A stretch of DNA of 64,000 bases from assembly GCA_900315585.1 (NCBI GenBank), contig OMZP01000005.1, forward strand, positions 40,112 to 104,111, given 5' to 3'. The stretch's first letter is position 1. Each line of letters starts with the position of its first letter. Source of the stretch: an uncultured Eubacteriales bacterium (GTDB lineage Bacteria; Bacillota; Clostridia; Christensenellales; Aristaeellaceae). The position numbers and the translations under genes were made by a program. A model generated the notes under the pieces. It saw only the letters and a list, made by a program, of their open reading frames with translations, was not told the DNA's origin and searched no databases. Below, piece after piece: positions 9,320 through 18,815 of this stretch.

Positions 9320-11038
9320 ATGAATTATTTTGGCGTGTACCACTCGGACTATTCCCGCGGATTGAGCGCGGCCTGCGACGCGCCCTGCATCACCAAGGGG
9401 CGCATGACCCTGTGCGCCCGGGGCACGGCCTCCCTGGGCGGGGTGATCGCCATGGCCCGGGGGCGGCTGCGCAACCGGGAGGCGCTGATCGCCGCGCTGA
9501 ACGCCGAGAGCGGTGCGTCGCCCTCCCAGCTGGTGCTGGCGGCCTACCGCCGCTGGGGCGCGGACTATCCCCGACACGTGGAGGGCCCGGTGATGACCTG
9601 CGTGATGGATTCCGACGCCGACGCGCTGGTGCTCTCCCGGGATCGGATGGGCGAGCAGCCGGTGTTCTACGCCCGCACCGCAAAGGGCGCGGCCTTCGCC
9701 GACCACCCGGATTCGCTGCTGAAATCTGCCCACGTGGAGCCGGTGGCGGATGCCGACGGCCTGCGGGAGCTGTTCGGCCTGGGCCCGGCAAGGACGCCTG
9801 GGCGCACCTTCTACCGGGACATCCGGATGCTCGAGCCGGGCTGCGCGCTTCTGATCCGGGAAAACCGCCTGCGCGTGGACCGGTATTTTGAGATCGAGGA
9901 CGCGCCCCACGAACTGGACGCCGCCGCGACGATCCGGCGCACCCGGGAGCTGCTGGAGGCGGCGGTGGCGGAGATCGCGCCGCTGAATCCGGCGGTGATG
10001 CTCTCCGGCGGGCTGGATTCCACGGCGCTGACGGCGCTGTTGAACCGGGATGTCCGCGACCTGCGCAGCTTTTCCGTGGACTACCTGGGCAACGACCGGG
10101 ACTTCCGCCCCAACGCCTTTCGCCCGGAGGCGGACGCGCCCTATGTGAAGCTGGCGGCGGGAGCCTTTCACACCCAGCACCGCGCCGTCACCCTGGACGC
10201 GGCGACCCTGGCGCGGGCCATGGGTCGGGCGATGTCGCTGCGGGGCTTTCCCGGCATGGCGGACATCGACGCGTCGCTGCTGTTGCTGTGCCAGGAGATC
10301 GCAAGGTTCGACCGGTACGTGGTGTCCGGCGAGTGCGGCGACGAGGTGTTCGGCGGGTATCCCTGGTTCACCAGTGATGCGCCGCTGGACGGCTTTCCCT
10401 GGTCCGGCTCGCTTACGCTGCGGGAGGGGATTCTGCGGCCGGAGATCCGGGAAAAGCTGCGCCTGACGGAGTATGTGGGAGACGTGTTCGAGACCCGGAA
10501 GCGGCGGGCGGACCCCGGACCTGCCTACCCGGAGGAGGAGCGCCGCCTGCGAACGATGCAGCGGCTGTGCTTCGAGTTCTTCATGCCGAACCTCCAGGAG
10601 CGGGCCGTGCGCATGGGCGAGGGCGCGGGGGTGGAGGTGCTGACGCCGCTGTGCGACGAGCGTCTGGTGCGGTTCGTCTACAACGTGCCCTGGAGCGTCA
10701 AGGCCATGGACGGGCAGGAGAAGGGCCTCTTCCGGGCCGCCGTGCGGGATCTGCTGCCGGAAAAGCTGCTTCGGCGCAAAAAAAGCCCCTATCCGAAGAC
10801 CTGCAGCCCGCAGTTCGCCCAGCTGACGCGGGAGATGGCGCTGCGGATGGTCTCGGATGGGGACGCGCCGATATTCAACTATGTGGATCGGGATCGGGTG
10901 CTGGAGATCGCCCAGTCGGAGCTGAACCCGGCGGACACACCCTGGTTCGGCCAGCTGATGGCGGGCCCGCAGCTGCTGGGGTATCTCTGGCAGGTGAACC
11001 GGTGGATGGCGGAGCGGGGCGTCACGGTGCGGCTGTAG
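9320..11038 (+). CDS. asparagine synthase (AsnB) family protein lacking the N-terminal Cys nucleophile
   Basis: ATG at 9320. PP-loop MLSGGLDSTAL in the synthetase domain. N-terminus is MNYFGVYH rather than MCG. Confidence 0.75.
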   Translation: MNYFGVYHSDYSRGLSAACDAPCITKGRMTLCARGTASLGGVIAMARGRLRNREALIAALNAESGASPSQLVLAAYRRWGADYPRHVEGPVMTCVMDSDADALVLSRDRMGEQPVFYARTAKGAAFADHPDSLLKSAHVEPVADADGLRELFGLGPARTPGRTFYRDIRMLEPGCALLIRENRLRVDRYFEIEDAPHELDAAATIRRTRELLEAAVAEIAPLNPAVMLSGGLDSTALTALLNRDVRDLRSFSVDYLGNDRDFRPNAFRPEADAPYVKLAAGAFHTQHRAVTLDAATLARAMGRAMSLRGFPGMADIDASLLLLCQEIARFDRYVVSGECGDEVFGGYPWFTSDAPLDGFPWSGSLTLREGILRPEIREKLRLTEYVGDVFETRKRRADPGPAYPEEERRLRTMQRLCFEFFMPNLQERAVRMGEGAGVEVLTPLCDERLVRFVYNVPWSVKAMDGQEKGLFRAAVRDLLPEKLLRRKKSPYPKTCSPQFAQLTREMALRMVSDGDAPIFNYVDRDRVLEIAQSELNPADTPWFGQLMAGPQLLGYLWQVNRWMAERGVTVRL

Positions 11039-12533
11039 CCTCCGCCACCAGGCCGGGGCTCGGCAGCAGCGGGCTTCTCAGGTACACGCTCCCGGCCAGG
11101 GTGTCGGCGGCGCGGCCCTCCACGTAGAACCGCACGGCGCGGATGCCGTCCAGGGCGCAGAGGGTGTTCACCATGGCGTAAACCAGGTCGCGCTCGGCCC
11201 GGGGGCTGAGCCGCTGGCAGCTTCGATAGAAGTTGGCGGACAGGTTCACCCGGGCGATGCCGCCCACCACCTGAACGCCCAGCAGGTCCTCGGCATACAC
11301 GTTCACGGACAGGGGCAGCCGGTATGCCGCGCCCTCCGCGCCGGCGTAGGAGAGCAGCTCCGTGAGCAGGCTCTTGGGGGACAGGGCGCTTCGCATGGAC
11401 ACGGCCCGCTCCACCGGCGTCAGCCGGTCCGCGCCGTCCAACAGGAACAGGGTCGCCACGCTGCCCACCCGGTCGGCAAAGTCCCTGCGGCGCATCATCC
11501 CGTCGGGGAATTGCAGCAGCGTGTCGCCGATGGCGCACATGGTGATCGGCTCGCCGTTCACCATCACCCGCACGCCGTCCAGCTCCGGCAGGAAGGAGGT
11601 CATGGTCAGGGTGATGGAGCCCGCCAGCTCCCACACCTCCAGCCCCGAGAAGGCCAGGTAGTTGGCCAGGGCGGGGGAGAAGTTCAGGGTGAGCACCCGT
11701 TCGCCGGTGGCCAGGGTCTCCACCGTGGGCCCCTCCTCCAGCAGCTCTACGCCCTCCGGGATGGAGGCGATGGCGCTGGATTCGTCCCGGGGACCGGCCT
11801 TCAGCGCGTCGATCAGCGCCGGGGCGAAGGCCCCGCCGGACACGGAAAGCACCCTCAGCTCCGGCACCAGCCAGCCGCCGCCCTCGCTGGGGAAGTACAG
11901 CATAGCGGTGCGCTCGATGGGCGCGGCGTCGGACTGGCTCAGCCGGTCGCTCTCGGCCTGCAGCTGGGCGTAGGCGGCGGTCACGCTGGGCACGATGCCG
12001 GTCTGCACGCCCACGGGCAGCTGGAAGCAGCCCTCGCTCATGCCCGCGATCAGCACGTTCACGCCCCGCACGCCCTTGATGCCCAGCAGCGTGTTGCCGA
12101 TCGCCGCCTCCAGGGCCAGCAGCGCCTGGGGGGAACTGGCGTTTCGCGCGTCGATGGACAGGTTCACGGTGGCGGTGCCGCAGGCGTACTCGCAGCCCAG
12201 CAGCTTCACGTCGTAGGCCTCCTGGGCGTTCACGGCGTCCCCGGAGGCCAGCAGCGCCTCCACGGCGGCCTCCGGCAGGCTCTGGCCCACCTCGGCGCGC
12301 AGGTTCTGGTTCACGGTGGAGAAGCTGGAGAAGTCCGCCGCGGCGCGGTACAGCGCCACCTCCCGAAGATTCCCGGAGATGGATTCGCCCAGGATCATGT
12401 TTTCCGGCTCGCTGTCGGGCTCCGGCAGGCTGATCTCGCCCGCGGCCTCGGTCTCCGGCCCGCGCAGCACGCAGCCGGACAGCGTAAGAACCAGCGCAAG
12501 CATAAGCGCGACGAAGGATAGCGCCTTGCGCAT
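11022..12533 (-). CDS. GerMN-domain lipoprotein (sporulation/germination-type)
   Basis: ATG at 12533. Lipobox LTLSGC. Three GerMN-like segments, each ending in a V(N/D)LS...F pattern. Confidence 0.55.
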   Translation of the reverse strand: MRKALSFVALMLALVLTLSGCVLRGPETEAAGEISLPEPDSEPENMILGESISGNLREVALYRAAADFSSFSTVNQNLRAEVGQSLPEAAVEALLASGDAVNAQEAYDVKLLGCEYACGTATVNLSIDARNASSPQALLALEAAIGNTLLGIKGVRGVNVLIAGMSEGCFQLPVGVQTGIVPSVTAAYAQLQAESDRLSQSDAAPIERTAMLYFPSEGGGWLVPELRVLSVSGGAFAPALIDALKAGPRDESSAIASIPEGVELLEEGPTVETLATGERVLTLNFSPALANYLAFSGLEVWELAGSITLTMTSFLPELDGVRVMVNGEPITMCAIGDTLLQFPDGMMRRRDFADRVGSVATLFLLDGADRLTPVERAVSMRSALSPKSLLTELLSYAGAEGAAYRLPLSVNVYAEDLLGVQVVGGIARVNLSANFYRSCQRLSPRAERDLVYAMVNTLCALDGIRAVRFYVEGRAADTLAGSVYLRSPLLPSPGLVAEATAAP

Positions 12534-12567
12534 GAGATCAACCTCCTTTCTGAAGCCTGAATGCACA

Positions 12568-12688
12568 ATCCCTCCGGCCCGCTGTGCGGGCCACCTTCCT
12601 TTGCACGAGGGAGGCCTGAGAGTATGCTGTGTTTATCATGCCTCCCCTGTGTAAGGGGAGCTGTCAGCGAAGCTGACTGAGGGGTTGT
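12568..12688. repeat. REP/BIME-like pair (inverted two-hairpin units ending in CCCTCC / GAGGGGTT)
   Basis: Left unit 12568-12615 and right unit 12640-12688 (GCCTCCCCTGTGTAAGGGGAG + CTGTCAGCGAAGCTGAC + TGAGGGGTTGT). Same architecture as 19114-19167 and 29728-29775. Confidence 0.6.
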
Positions 12689-12694
12689 AATGGT

Positions 12695-14101
12695 TTACCC
12701 GTCCCTCTTCTTCTCCGCCAGCGGCAGCTCGATGATGAATGTGGAGCCCTTGCCGGGGGCGCTCTTGGCGTCGATGGTGCCGCCGTGGAGCAGCACGAAC
12801 TGCTTCACGATGCTCAGGCCCAGGCCGGTGCCGCCGGTCTCCCGGGAGCGGGCCTTGTCCACCCGGTAGAAGCGGTCGAAGATGTGGGGCAGGTCCTCCT
12901 GGGGGATGCCCACGCCGGTGTCGGACACGCGGATGACCGCCTTCCTGCCGGAGCGGATCACCGAACAGTGCACCTCGCCGCCCCGGGGCGTGTACTTGAT
13001 GGCGTTGTCGATGATGTTGTACACCACCTGTTGCAGCTTCAGCTGGTCGCCGTTGACCTCCAGCGTCTCCTTCGCCACGCAGTCCAGCTCGATTCCGTTC
13101 TCCCGGGCCAGGGGAGACAGCCGCTTCACCTGCTCGGATACGAGGCTGCCGATGTCCAGCTCCGCGGCATTCAGCTTCACGCCGCTGTCGATGTTCACCA
13201 GCGTCAAAAGGTCGGAGACGATGCGGTTCAGCCGGTCGATCTCCTTGTTCACGTCGGTGAGGAATTCCTTGGTTATGGCGGGGTCCATCGGGTCCTGATA
13301 CATCAGCGTCTCGATCAGGATCTTCATGGTGCTCAGGGGCGTCTTCAGCTCGTGGCTGGCGTTGGAGACGAACTGGCTTCGGGAATTGTCCAGCTGCTCC
13401 AGGCGCTCGGACATGCTGTTGAAGGCCCTGGCCAGGCCGGCGAACTCGTTGTTGCCCCGGACCCGCACCCGCGCGGACAGGTCGCCCTTGCTCATGCGGG
13501 AGATGCCCTCGTTCAGCTCGCCGATGGGGCGGGTGATGGTGCGCAGCACCAGCAGGTCCACCACCAGCACCGCCGCCAGCACGATGGCCATCCAGGACAG
13601 GATGCGGATCTGCAAATCCCGCAGGCTCTCGTAGATCTCCTGCACCTGGCTGATGTACACCAGCACGCCGACGAGCTCCCCGCCGCTTTGGATGGGGCTG
13701 GCGAACACGCCGGTCATGGCGTTGGCCCCGGAAAAGCCGTTCAGCACCGCCCGGAACCAGAAGTTGCCGGAGGCCCGGCCCGCGTCGTAAAAGCCGTGCG
13801 CCCCGGCGGAGCCCTTCAAAACGCCGTCGATCTCCGACGTGATGAATCGCTGGCCGTTCAGCTCCGAGGCGGTGTCCACCTGGACCACGCACAGCGCGTC
13901 CAGCACCAGCACCCGGCTCTGCTGCTCGCGGGCGGTCTCCAGAGCGGATTCATACATGCTCCCGGCATCAAAAGCGACCAAATAATCGCTGAAGCTCTCG
14001 GCGAGGCTGTCGGCGATTCTCTGGTCGTCTCTGCTGCGCTGGGTAAACAGATATTCGCCCACCAGCTGAATCAGCGAAAACCCGATGACGGAGAACGCCA
14101 C
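12695..14101 (-). CDS. sensor histidine kinase (TM-sensor-TM-HAMP-HisKA-HATPase)
   Basis: HisKA box NASHELKTPL. HATPase motifs DTGVGIP and GGTGLGLSI. The listed start is a GTG; the N-terminal TM helix appears to continue upstream (see findings). Confidence 0.85.
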   Translation of the reverse strand: MAFSVIGFSLIQLVGEYLFTQRSRDDQRIADSLAESFSDYLVAFDAGSMYESALETAREQQSRVLVLDALCVVQVDTASELNGQRFITSEIDGVLKGSAGAHGFYDAGRASGNFWFRAVLNGFSGANAMTGVFASPIQSGGELVGVLVYISQVQEIYESLRDLQIRILSWMAIVLAAVLVVDLLVLRTITRPIGELNEGISRMSKGDLSARVRVRGNNEFAGLARAFNSMSERLEQLDNSRSQFVSNASHELKTPLSTMKILIETLMYQDPMDPAITKEFLTDVNKEIDRLNRIVSDLLTLVNIDSGVKLNAAELDIGSLVSEQVKRLSPLARENGIELDCVAKETLEVNGDQLKLQQVVYNIIDNAIKYTPRGGEVHCSVIRSGRKAVIRVSDTGVGIPQEDLPHIFDRFYRVDKARSRETGGTGLGLSIVKQFVLLHGGTIDAKSAPGKGSTFIIELPLAEKKRDG

Positions 14102-14159
14102 GACGATGATCAGCAGATAGGCGAGGGTGATCTTCCAGCGTATGGAATGTATGAAGGCT

Positions 14160-14852
14160 TTAATCCTTGTCAGTGAAATAGTAGCCCACTCCCCACTTGG
14201 TGAAGATGTACTCAGGCTGGCTGGGCACCTTTTCCACCTTCTCGCGCAAGCGGCGGATGTGCACGTCTACCGTGCGAAGATCGCCCAGATAGTCGTATTT
14301 CCAGATGGTTTCCAGCAGGTTTTCCCGGCTGAACACCTTGCCGCGGTTGGTGGCGAACAGGTGCAGCAGGTCAAACTCCTTGGCGGTGAGGTTCACCTCG
14401 CGGCCCCCGACGGTCACGGAGCGGTTGTTCACATTCAGCTGCATGTCGCGGACCGTGATGACGCGCTGACCGGTCTCCCGCTGCATCATGGTGGAGCGGC
14501 GGAAGATGGTGCGGATGCGGGCCTTGACCTCCAGGATGTTGAAGGGCTTGGTCATATAGTCGTCCGCGCCGTATTCCAGGCCCAGGATCTTGTCCATGTC
14601 GTCGCCCTTGGCAGTGAGCATGATGATGGCCACGTTGCTGCGCTCGCGGATGCGCTGGCAGACCTCGATGCCGTCCACCTTCGGCAGCATCACATCCAGC
14701 AGCACCAGGTCATAGTTGCCGTTGAAGAACTTTTCCACGGCCTCCTCGCCGTCGGCGGCGGAATCCGTCTCATAGCCGTCCTGCTCAAGAGAATATTTCA
14801 AACCTTTTACAATCAAAGGCTCATCATCGACAATCAAGATCCGCTTGGGCAT
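14160..14852 (-). CDS. OmpR-family response regulator
   Basis: ATG at 14852 with GAGGAGGAG RBS. MPKRILIVDDEP receiver domain and winged-helix C-terminus (TVDVHIRRLREK). Confidence 0.9.
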   Translation of the reverse strand: MPKRILIVDDEPLIVKGLKYSLEQDGYETDSAADGEEAVEKFFNGNYDLVLLDVMLPKVDGIEVCQRIRERSNVAIIMLTAKGDDMDKILGLEYGADDYMTKPFNILEVKARIRTIFRRSTMMQRETGQRVITVRDMQLNVNNRSVTVGGREVNLTAKEFDLLHLFATNRGKVFSRENLLETIWKYDYLGDLRTVDVHIRRLREKVEKVPSQPEYIFTKWGVGYYFTDKD

Positions 14853-15076
14853 GGTTACTCCTCCTCTGAAGCCGTTGTAACAATGATTCACGTATGTATG
14901 TCAAACCATTTTCACGTTTTTGTTATTATTATAAACGATTCCTGACATGATTTCAAGTTGTTTTTTTTAAATGTTAGGTTTTTACTGCCTCGCTGTACAA
15001 AATTCGCATCTTCTGATAAGATATACAATGCCGGATAGCGCGAAAGCGACCGGCGGCCATACACAAGGAGACGCAA

Positions 15077-16534
15077 ATGATCCACCTGAGAAGAACCCTC
15101 GCGGCGCTTCTGGCGCTGTTTGTGCTGATAATTTCCATCCCGGCCCTGGCGGAGGTCGCGCCCTACGACATGAGCGCGCCGGAAAGCCTGGTGCCGGAGC
15201 ACCTCTATGCCCAGTCGGCCCTTTTGATCGACGAGGACACGGGGGAGGTGCTGTTCACCAAGAACGCCCGGGTGCGCATGTTCCCGGCCTCCACCACCAA
15301 GATCATGACCCTGCTGCTGGGCATCGAGAGCGGCATCTCCCTGGACGAGCAGGTGACCATTCCCGCCGAGGCGGGGGACGTGCCGGAGGGCAGCTCCGTG
15401 ATCCCGGTGCAGCCCGGCGACGTGATGAGCTACCGGGACCTGCTCTACAGCTTCATGATCTCCTCCGGCAACGACGGCGCGAACGCCGTGGCCGTGCTGG
15501 TGGACGGCGGCATCGACGCCTTCGTTCAGCACATGAACGCCCGGGCGGCGGAGCTGGGCCTGGAGAGCACCCACTATGTCAACGCCCACGGCTACCACGA
15601 CGCCGAGCACTACACCACCGCCCAGGACCTGGCGACCCTGTCCCGTTTCGCCATGACCAACCCGGTCTTCCGGGACATCGTGAAGCAGCCCACCTGGACC
15701 ATCACCGTCACCCGGGGCGGCGAGACCAAGTCCGCCGAGATCCTCTCCCGCAATACTTTGCTCCAAAAGGACCAAAAGTATTACTACCCGGACTGCACCG
15801 GCATCAAGACCGGCCACCACGGCAAGGCGGGCTGGTGCTTCGTGGGCAGCGCCGAGCGGGACGGCATGCGGGTCATCTGCGTGGTGCTGAACTGCGCGGG
15901 GGAGATGGACAAGTGGTACGACGCGGCCAAGCTGTTCGAGTACGGCTTCACCCGCTATGAGGACGTGGCGGCCAGCGCGCTGTTGGAGCGCGCCGCCGAA
16001 TCGTTCGACACCGTTTCCGTCGAAAACGCCCAGGAGGGGGACGGCGCGCTGCGCCTGAACCTTTCGGAGATCACCGGCGGGGAACAGACGGTCAAGGTCG
16101 TCTCCGGCAGCGATGCCGCGCTCAAGGAGAAGTCTTTCGCGCTTGCCGAGACGGCGCAGATCGAATGGACCCGGGAATTGGCCGCCCCGATCGCCGAGGG
16201 CGAGGCCCTGGGCGCCGTGCGCTGCACCCTGCCCGACGGGCGCGAGGTGTCCGCCCAACTGGTGGCCAGCCGGGACGTGGCCGCCCGGCCCACCGCCGTG
16301 CCGGTGATCACCGAGGCCCCGGCCCCGCCCGTGGAAGCGCCTCAGACCGCGGCTCCTCAGACCCAGCCGGAGCCGTCGCCGAAGCGCGGCGTTCCCGCCT
16401 TCGCCGTGGTGCTGGCGCTGCTGGTGCTGCTGATCGTCAGCGTGGGCGCGGCCTGGTACGTCACCGAGCAGAAGCGCCGCCGCCGTCACAGGCGGAACAA
16501 AAAGCGCAGGAGCGCGGTCAAAACCCAAAAGTGA
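15077..16534 (+). CDS. D-alanyl-D-alanine carboxypeptidase (S11, PBP5/DacB-like) with C-terminal TM anchor
   Basis: AAGGAG RBS. Signal peptide. SxxK (PASTTKIM), SGN (SSGNDGA) and KTG (GIKTGH) motifs. Confidence 0.85.
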   Translation: MIHLRRTLAALLALFVLIISIPALAEVAPYDMSAPESLVPEHLYAQSALLIDEDTGEVLFTKNARVRMFPASTTKIMTLLLGIESGISLDEQVTIPAEAGDVPEGSSVIPVQPGDVMSYRDLLYSFMISSGNDGANAVAVLVDGGIDAFVQHMNARAAELGLESTHYVNAHGYHDAEHYTTAQDLATLSRFAMTNPVFRDIVKQPTWTITVTRGGETKSAEILSRNTLLQKDQKYYYPDCTGIKTGHHGKAGWCFVGSAERDGMRVICVVLNCAGEMDKWYDAAKLFEYGFTRYEDVAASALLERAAESFDTVSVENAQEGDGALRLNLSEITGGEQTVKVVSGSDAALKEKSFALAETAQIEWTRELAAPIAEGEALGAVRCTLPDGREVSAQLVASRDVAARPTAVPVITEAPAPPVEAPQTAAPQTQPEPSPKRGVPAFAVVLALLVLLIVSVGAAWYVTEQKRRRRHRRNKKRRSAVKTQK

Positions 16535-16625
16535 CCCATTGTTAGGATTCCCTGCCCGCGCTGTACAAATGCGCCCGCGGGTGGTATAATGATTAAAGTT
16601 TATACTGATCTGAGAAGGTAATTCC

Positions 16626-18131
16626 ATGCTTCGACGCCTGAGAGGACTGGCCCTGCTCCTCGCCGCGCTGCTGGCGCTGATCTGCGCGCTGCCGGCGATG
16701 GCCGAGGAGACGCCCGCCGATTACAACCGCAACGTGCCGCAGCTGCTGCACGAGGGGCACCTCTATGCCCCGGCGGCGGTGCTGGTGGACGCCACCAACG
16801 GCGACATACTCTTTGCCAAGAACGCCCGCCAGCGCATGTACCCGGCCTCCACCACCAAGGTGATGACCCTGCTGCTGGCGCTGGAGAGCGGCATCGCCAT
16901 GGACACCACCATCGTCATTCCCAAGCAGGCCAGCGAGATCCCCGCGGACAGCTCGCTGATCCCGGTGTTCCCCGGCGACGTGATGACCTTCCGGGATCTG
17001 CTCTACGGCTTCATGCTCACCTCCGGCAACGACGGCGCGAACGCCGTGGCGGTGCTGGTCAGCGGCAATGTGGAGGGCTTCGTGCAGCGCATGAACGCCC
17101 GCGCGGCGGAGCTGGGTTGCGAGGACACCCATTTCGCCAATCCCCACGGCTACCACGACGAGAACCACTGGTCCACGGCGCTGGACCTGTCCCGCATCGC
17201 CAGTGAGGCCGTGAAGCTGGACGCCTTCCGGCAGATCGTCTCCGCGCCCAGCTACACCATGACCATCACCCGGAACAACACCCCCCAGGAGGTGCGGGTC
17301 ACCAACACCAACTCCCTTCTGAAGAAGGACAACACCTATTATTACCCGGACTGCATCGGCATCAAGACCGGCTACCACAGCGCCGCGGGCCAGTGCTTCG
17401 TGGGCGCGGCGGAGCGGGACGGCGTGCGGCTGGTGACGGTGGACCTGGGCGGCGTGGCCAACCAGGAGAAGTGGATCGACACCATCCGCATGTTCAACTA
17501 TGGCTACACTTGCTACACCGGCTACTCAATGGAGCAGATGTTTACCCTGGCCAGCCCGCAGATCGCCACCCTGCGCGTGTCCAACGCCATTGACAGCGAC
17601 CCGCAGCACGGTATGCTGGGCCTCAAGATCGCCCAGATCAGCGACCCGGACTACAAGCGCATGGTGGAGAACGACAACGAGCAGGCCATGGCCGAGGCGG
17701 TGGATGACTTCGTGTCCCGCTGCGAGATGACCGTGACCAGCGACATGGCCGCGCCCATCTCCGAGGGCGAGATCATCGGCCGCCTGCGCTACCTGGACCA
17801 GTCCGGCAGGGAGATCACGGCCCTGCTGGTGGCCGAGCGTTCCATCGCCGAGCAGCCGCCCAGGCGGGAGTTGACGGACTTCTTCCCGTGGCTGAGCTAC
17901 TTCGAGAATCCGCTGGTGGTGCTGCTGGCGGCGGTGCTGATCCTGCTGATCGTGCTTCTGGTGGTGGCCGCCGTGGTGCGGGGCAAGCGCAAGGAGCGTC
18001 GGCGCAAGCGCATCTACGAGGCGCGACGGCTGGAGTACATGCGCCGCAAGAGCGCCCAGAAGCGCCGGGAGGCCCGCAGACGGAAGCGGGACGACGATGA
18101 CGAATACGACGAATACGACGACTACGATTGA
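16626..18131 (+). CDS. D-alanyl-D-alanine carboxypeptidase paralog with TM anchor and highly charged tail
   Basis: PASTTKVM, TSGNDGA and GIKTGY motifs. The C-terminus has a TM helix, an RK-rich stretch and DDDDEYDEYDDYD. Confidence 0.85.
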   Translation: MLRRLRGLALLLAALLALICALPAMAEETPADYNRNVPQLLHEGHLYAPAAVLVDATNGDILFAKNARQRMYPASTTKVMTLLLALESGIAMDTTIVIPKQASEIPADSSLIPVFPGDVMTFRDLLYGFMLTSGNDGANAVAVLVSGNVEGFVQRMNARAAELGCEDTHFANPHGYHDENHWSTALDLSRIASEAVKLDAFRQIVSAPSYTMTITRNNTPQEVRVTNTNSLLKKDNTYYYPDCIGIKTGYHSAAGQCFVGAAERDGVRLVTVDLGGVANQEKWIDTIRMFNYGYTCYTGYSMEQMFTLASPQIATLRVSNAIDSDPQHGMLGLKIAQISDPDYKRMVENDNEQAMAEAVDDFVSRCEMTVTSDMAAPISEGEIIGRLRYLDQSGREITALLVAERSIAEQPPRRELTDFFPWLSYFENPLVVLLAAVLILLIVLLVVAAVVRGKRKERRRKRIYEARRLEYMRRKSAQKRREARRRKRDDDDEYDEYDDYD

Positions 18132-18188
18132 TCGACCCTGAATAAAACCCCCTTTCCCGTCGATACTGGCGGTAAAGGGGGTTTTCAT

Positions 18189-18815
18189 ATGCTGGAAAAG
18201 ATCAGGCAGCTGTTGAAGAAACGCGGGAAGGAGATCGCCTACTACGGCGGGCTGGCGCTGCTGCTGGCGGCGCTGGCCCTGGCCTCCCACGGCTACCGGA
18301 CAAAGCGCGTCCAGGCGGAGCAGGTGCGGACGCCCGCGGCCATCACCGTCCAGGCGCCGCTGCCCACGGCCACGCCCGAGCCCACGCCGGAGCCCGTTCG
18401 CTGGGCCTGGCCGCTGGCGGGCGAGGTGGTGGGGAAATACGCCCCGGACGCGCCGGTGTGGTCCGGCACGCTGATGCAGTGGCAGACCCACCCGGCTCTG
18501 GACATCGCGGGTAGCCCCGGCGAGGCCGTCTATGCCTGCCGGGAGGGCACGGTGGCCGACGCGTACAGCGATCGGCTGTGGGGAAATGTGATCGTCATCG
18601 ACCACGGGGACGGCTGGCGCTCCACCTGCCGGGGACTCAACACGCTGAAGCTGGTGGAGATCGGACAAAGCGTTGCCGCCGGGGACGTGATCAGCGCCGT
18701 CGGCCCGTCCGTGCCCTGCGAGGCGGAGTTGGGGCCGCACATCCACTTTGAACTGACGAGGGATGGACGGCCGGTGGATTTTGAAGATATATCAGGATTG
18801 CGGTCAGAGGCGTAG
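18189..18815 (+). CDS. M23 (LytM-domain) metallopeptidase, membrane-anchored
   Basis: N-terminal TM helix. HPALDI (HxxxD) and HIHFE (HxH) motifs. Confidence 0.8.
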   Translation: MLEKIRQLLKKRGKEIAYYGGLALLLAALALASHGYRTKRVQAEQVRTPAAITVQAPLPTATPEPTPEPVRWAWPLAGEVVGKYAPDAPVWSGTLMQWQTHPALDIAGSPGEAVYACREGTVADAYSDRLWGNVIVIDHGDGWRSTCRGLNTLKLVEIGQSVAAGDVISAVGPSVPCEAELGPHIHFELTRDGRPVDFEDISGLRSEA

